15,922 nucleotides of DNA from Bdellovibrionota bacterium (lineage in GTDB: Bacteria > Bdellovibrionota_C > UBA2361 > JBGSMV01), in the NCBI GenBank assembly GCA_044356455.1, contig JBIKWF010000104.1, positions 1 through 15,922 of the forward strand. The letters are read 5' to 3'. The notes under the pieces were generated by a model, which saw only the letters and a program-made list of their open reading frames with translations, did not search any database and was not told the origin of the DNA. Each line of letters begins with the position of its first letter. Position 1 is the first letter of the stretch. A program made the translations under genes and the position numbers. This document shows, one piece after another, positions 15,540-15,922 of this stretch.

Positions 15540-15922
15540 ATGACCGCACCTTCTTCCGTCACCTCACTGCTTGACCCGGCGCTCATGGGAGAGCTCCGAA
15601 GACTAGAGCTGCGCACCAGACGAAACCTCTCGGCTGACATGGTAGGAAGCTACCGCTCGGCCTTTCGCGGCAGTGGGCTCGTCTTTGCAGACCTAAGGGA
15701 ATACGAACCTGGAGACGACATAAAGTCCATTCACTGGAAGGCAACGGCCAGAAGCCAAAAGGTATACGTAAAGAGCTACCACGAAGACAGAAATGTAAAT
15801 CTCATTCTGTGCGTGGATGTCTCTGCCTCAACTTTTTTTGGCTCCCCTAAGTCCCTACACCAGCGTGCCTTTGAGTTTGCCGCCTGTATTGCGCTCATGG
15901 CTCAGCAAAGTGGTGATGCGGT
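15540..15922 (+). CDS. DUF58 domain protein (MoxR-associated), truncated by the window edge
   Basis: Manual translation from ATG 15540 gives MTAPSSVTSLLDPALMGELRRLELRTRR...GSYRSAFRGSGLVFADLREYEPGDDIKSIHWKATAR...CVDVSAS. This carries the DUF58 signature (REYxPGDD..I.W..TAR, DxSxS) and sits in the usual position downstream of moxR. Confidence 0.92.
   Translation, partial: MTAPSSVTSLLDPALMGELRRLELRTRRNLSADMVGSYRSAFRGSGLVFADLREYEPGDDIKSIHWKATARSQKVYVKSYHEDRNVNLILCVDVSASTFFGSPKSLHQRAFEFAACIALMAQQSGDA

Overview
Bacterial chromosomal window with no rRNA, tRNA, CRISPR array or transposase. In order it encodes a tandem pair of small heat-shock proteins (the downstream one cut by the window edge), a secreted Cys-rich orphan with a CsgG/FlgO-like segment, a DoxX membrane protein, a LOG-family phosphoribohydrolase and a CPD photolyase. 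A sugar-metabolism cluster follows: KbaZ/GatZ-family tagatose-6-phosphate epimerase-like protein, DUF4432 mutarotase-like protein, divergent HAD phosphatase, PfkB kinase, D-2-hydroxyacid dehydrogenase and GH1 glycosidase. The window ends with the start of a MoxR-DUF58 operon. The intergenic DNA is unusually structured. Two families of short MITE-like inverted-repeat elements, mostly at (C/T)TAG sites, each bracket one gene (LOG; kbaZ-like). There is also a ~600-nt structured divergent spacer with a LacI-type operator, a possible RNA thermometer before hsp20, a 17-bp tandem repeat and a 110-nt structured element after the GH1 gene. All family calls come from motifs recognised by eye; no searches or folding programs were run.
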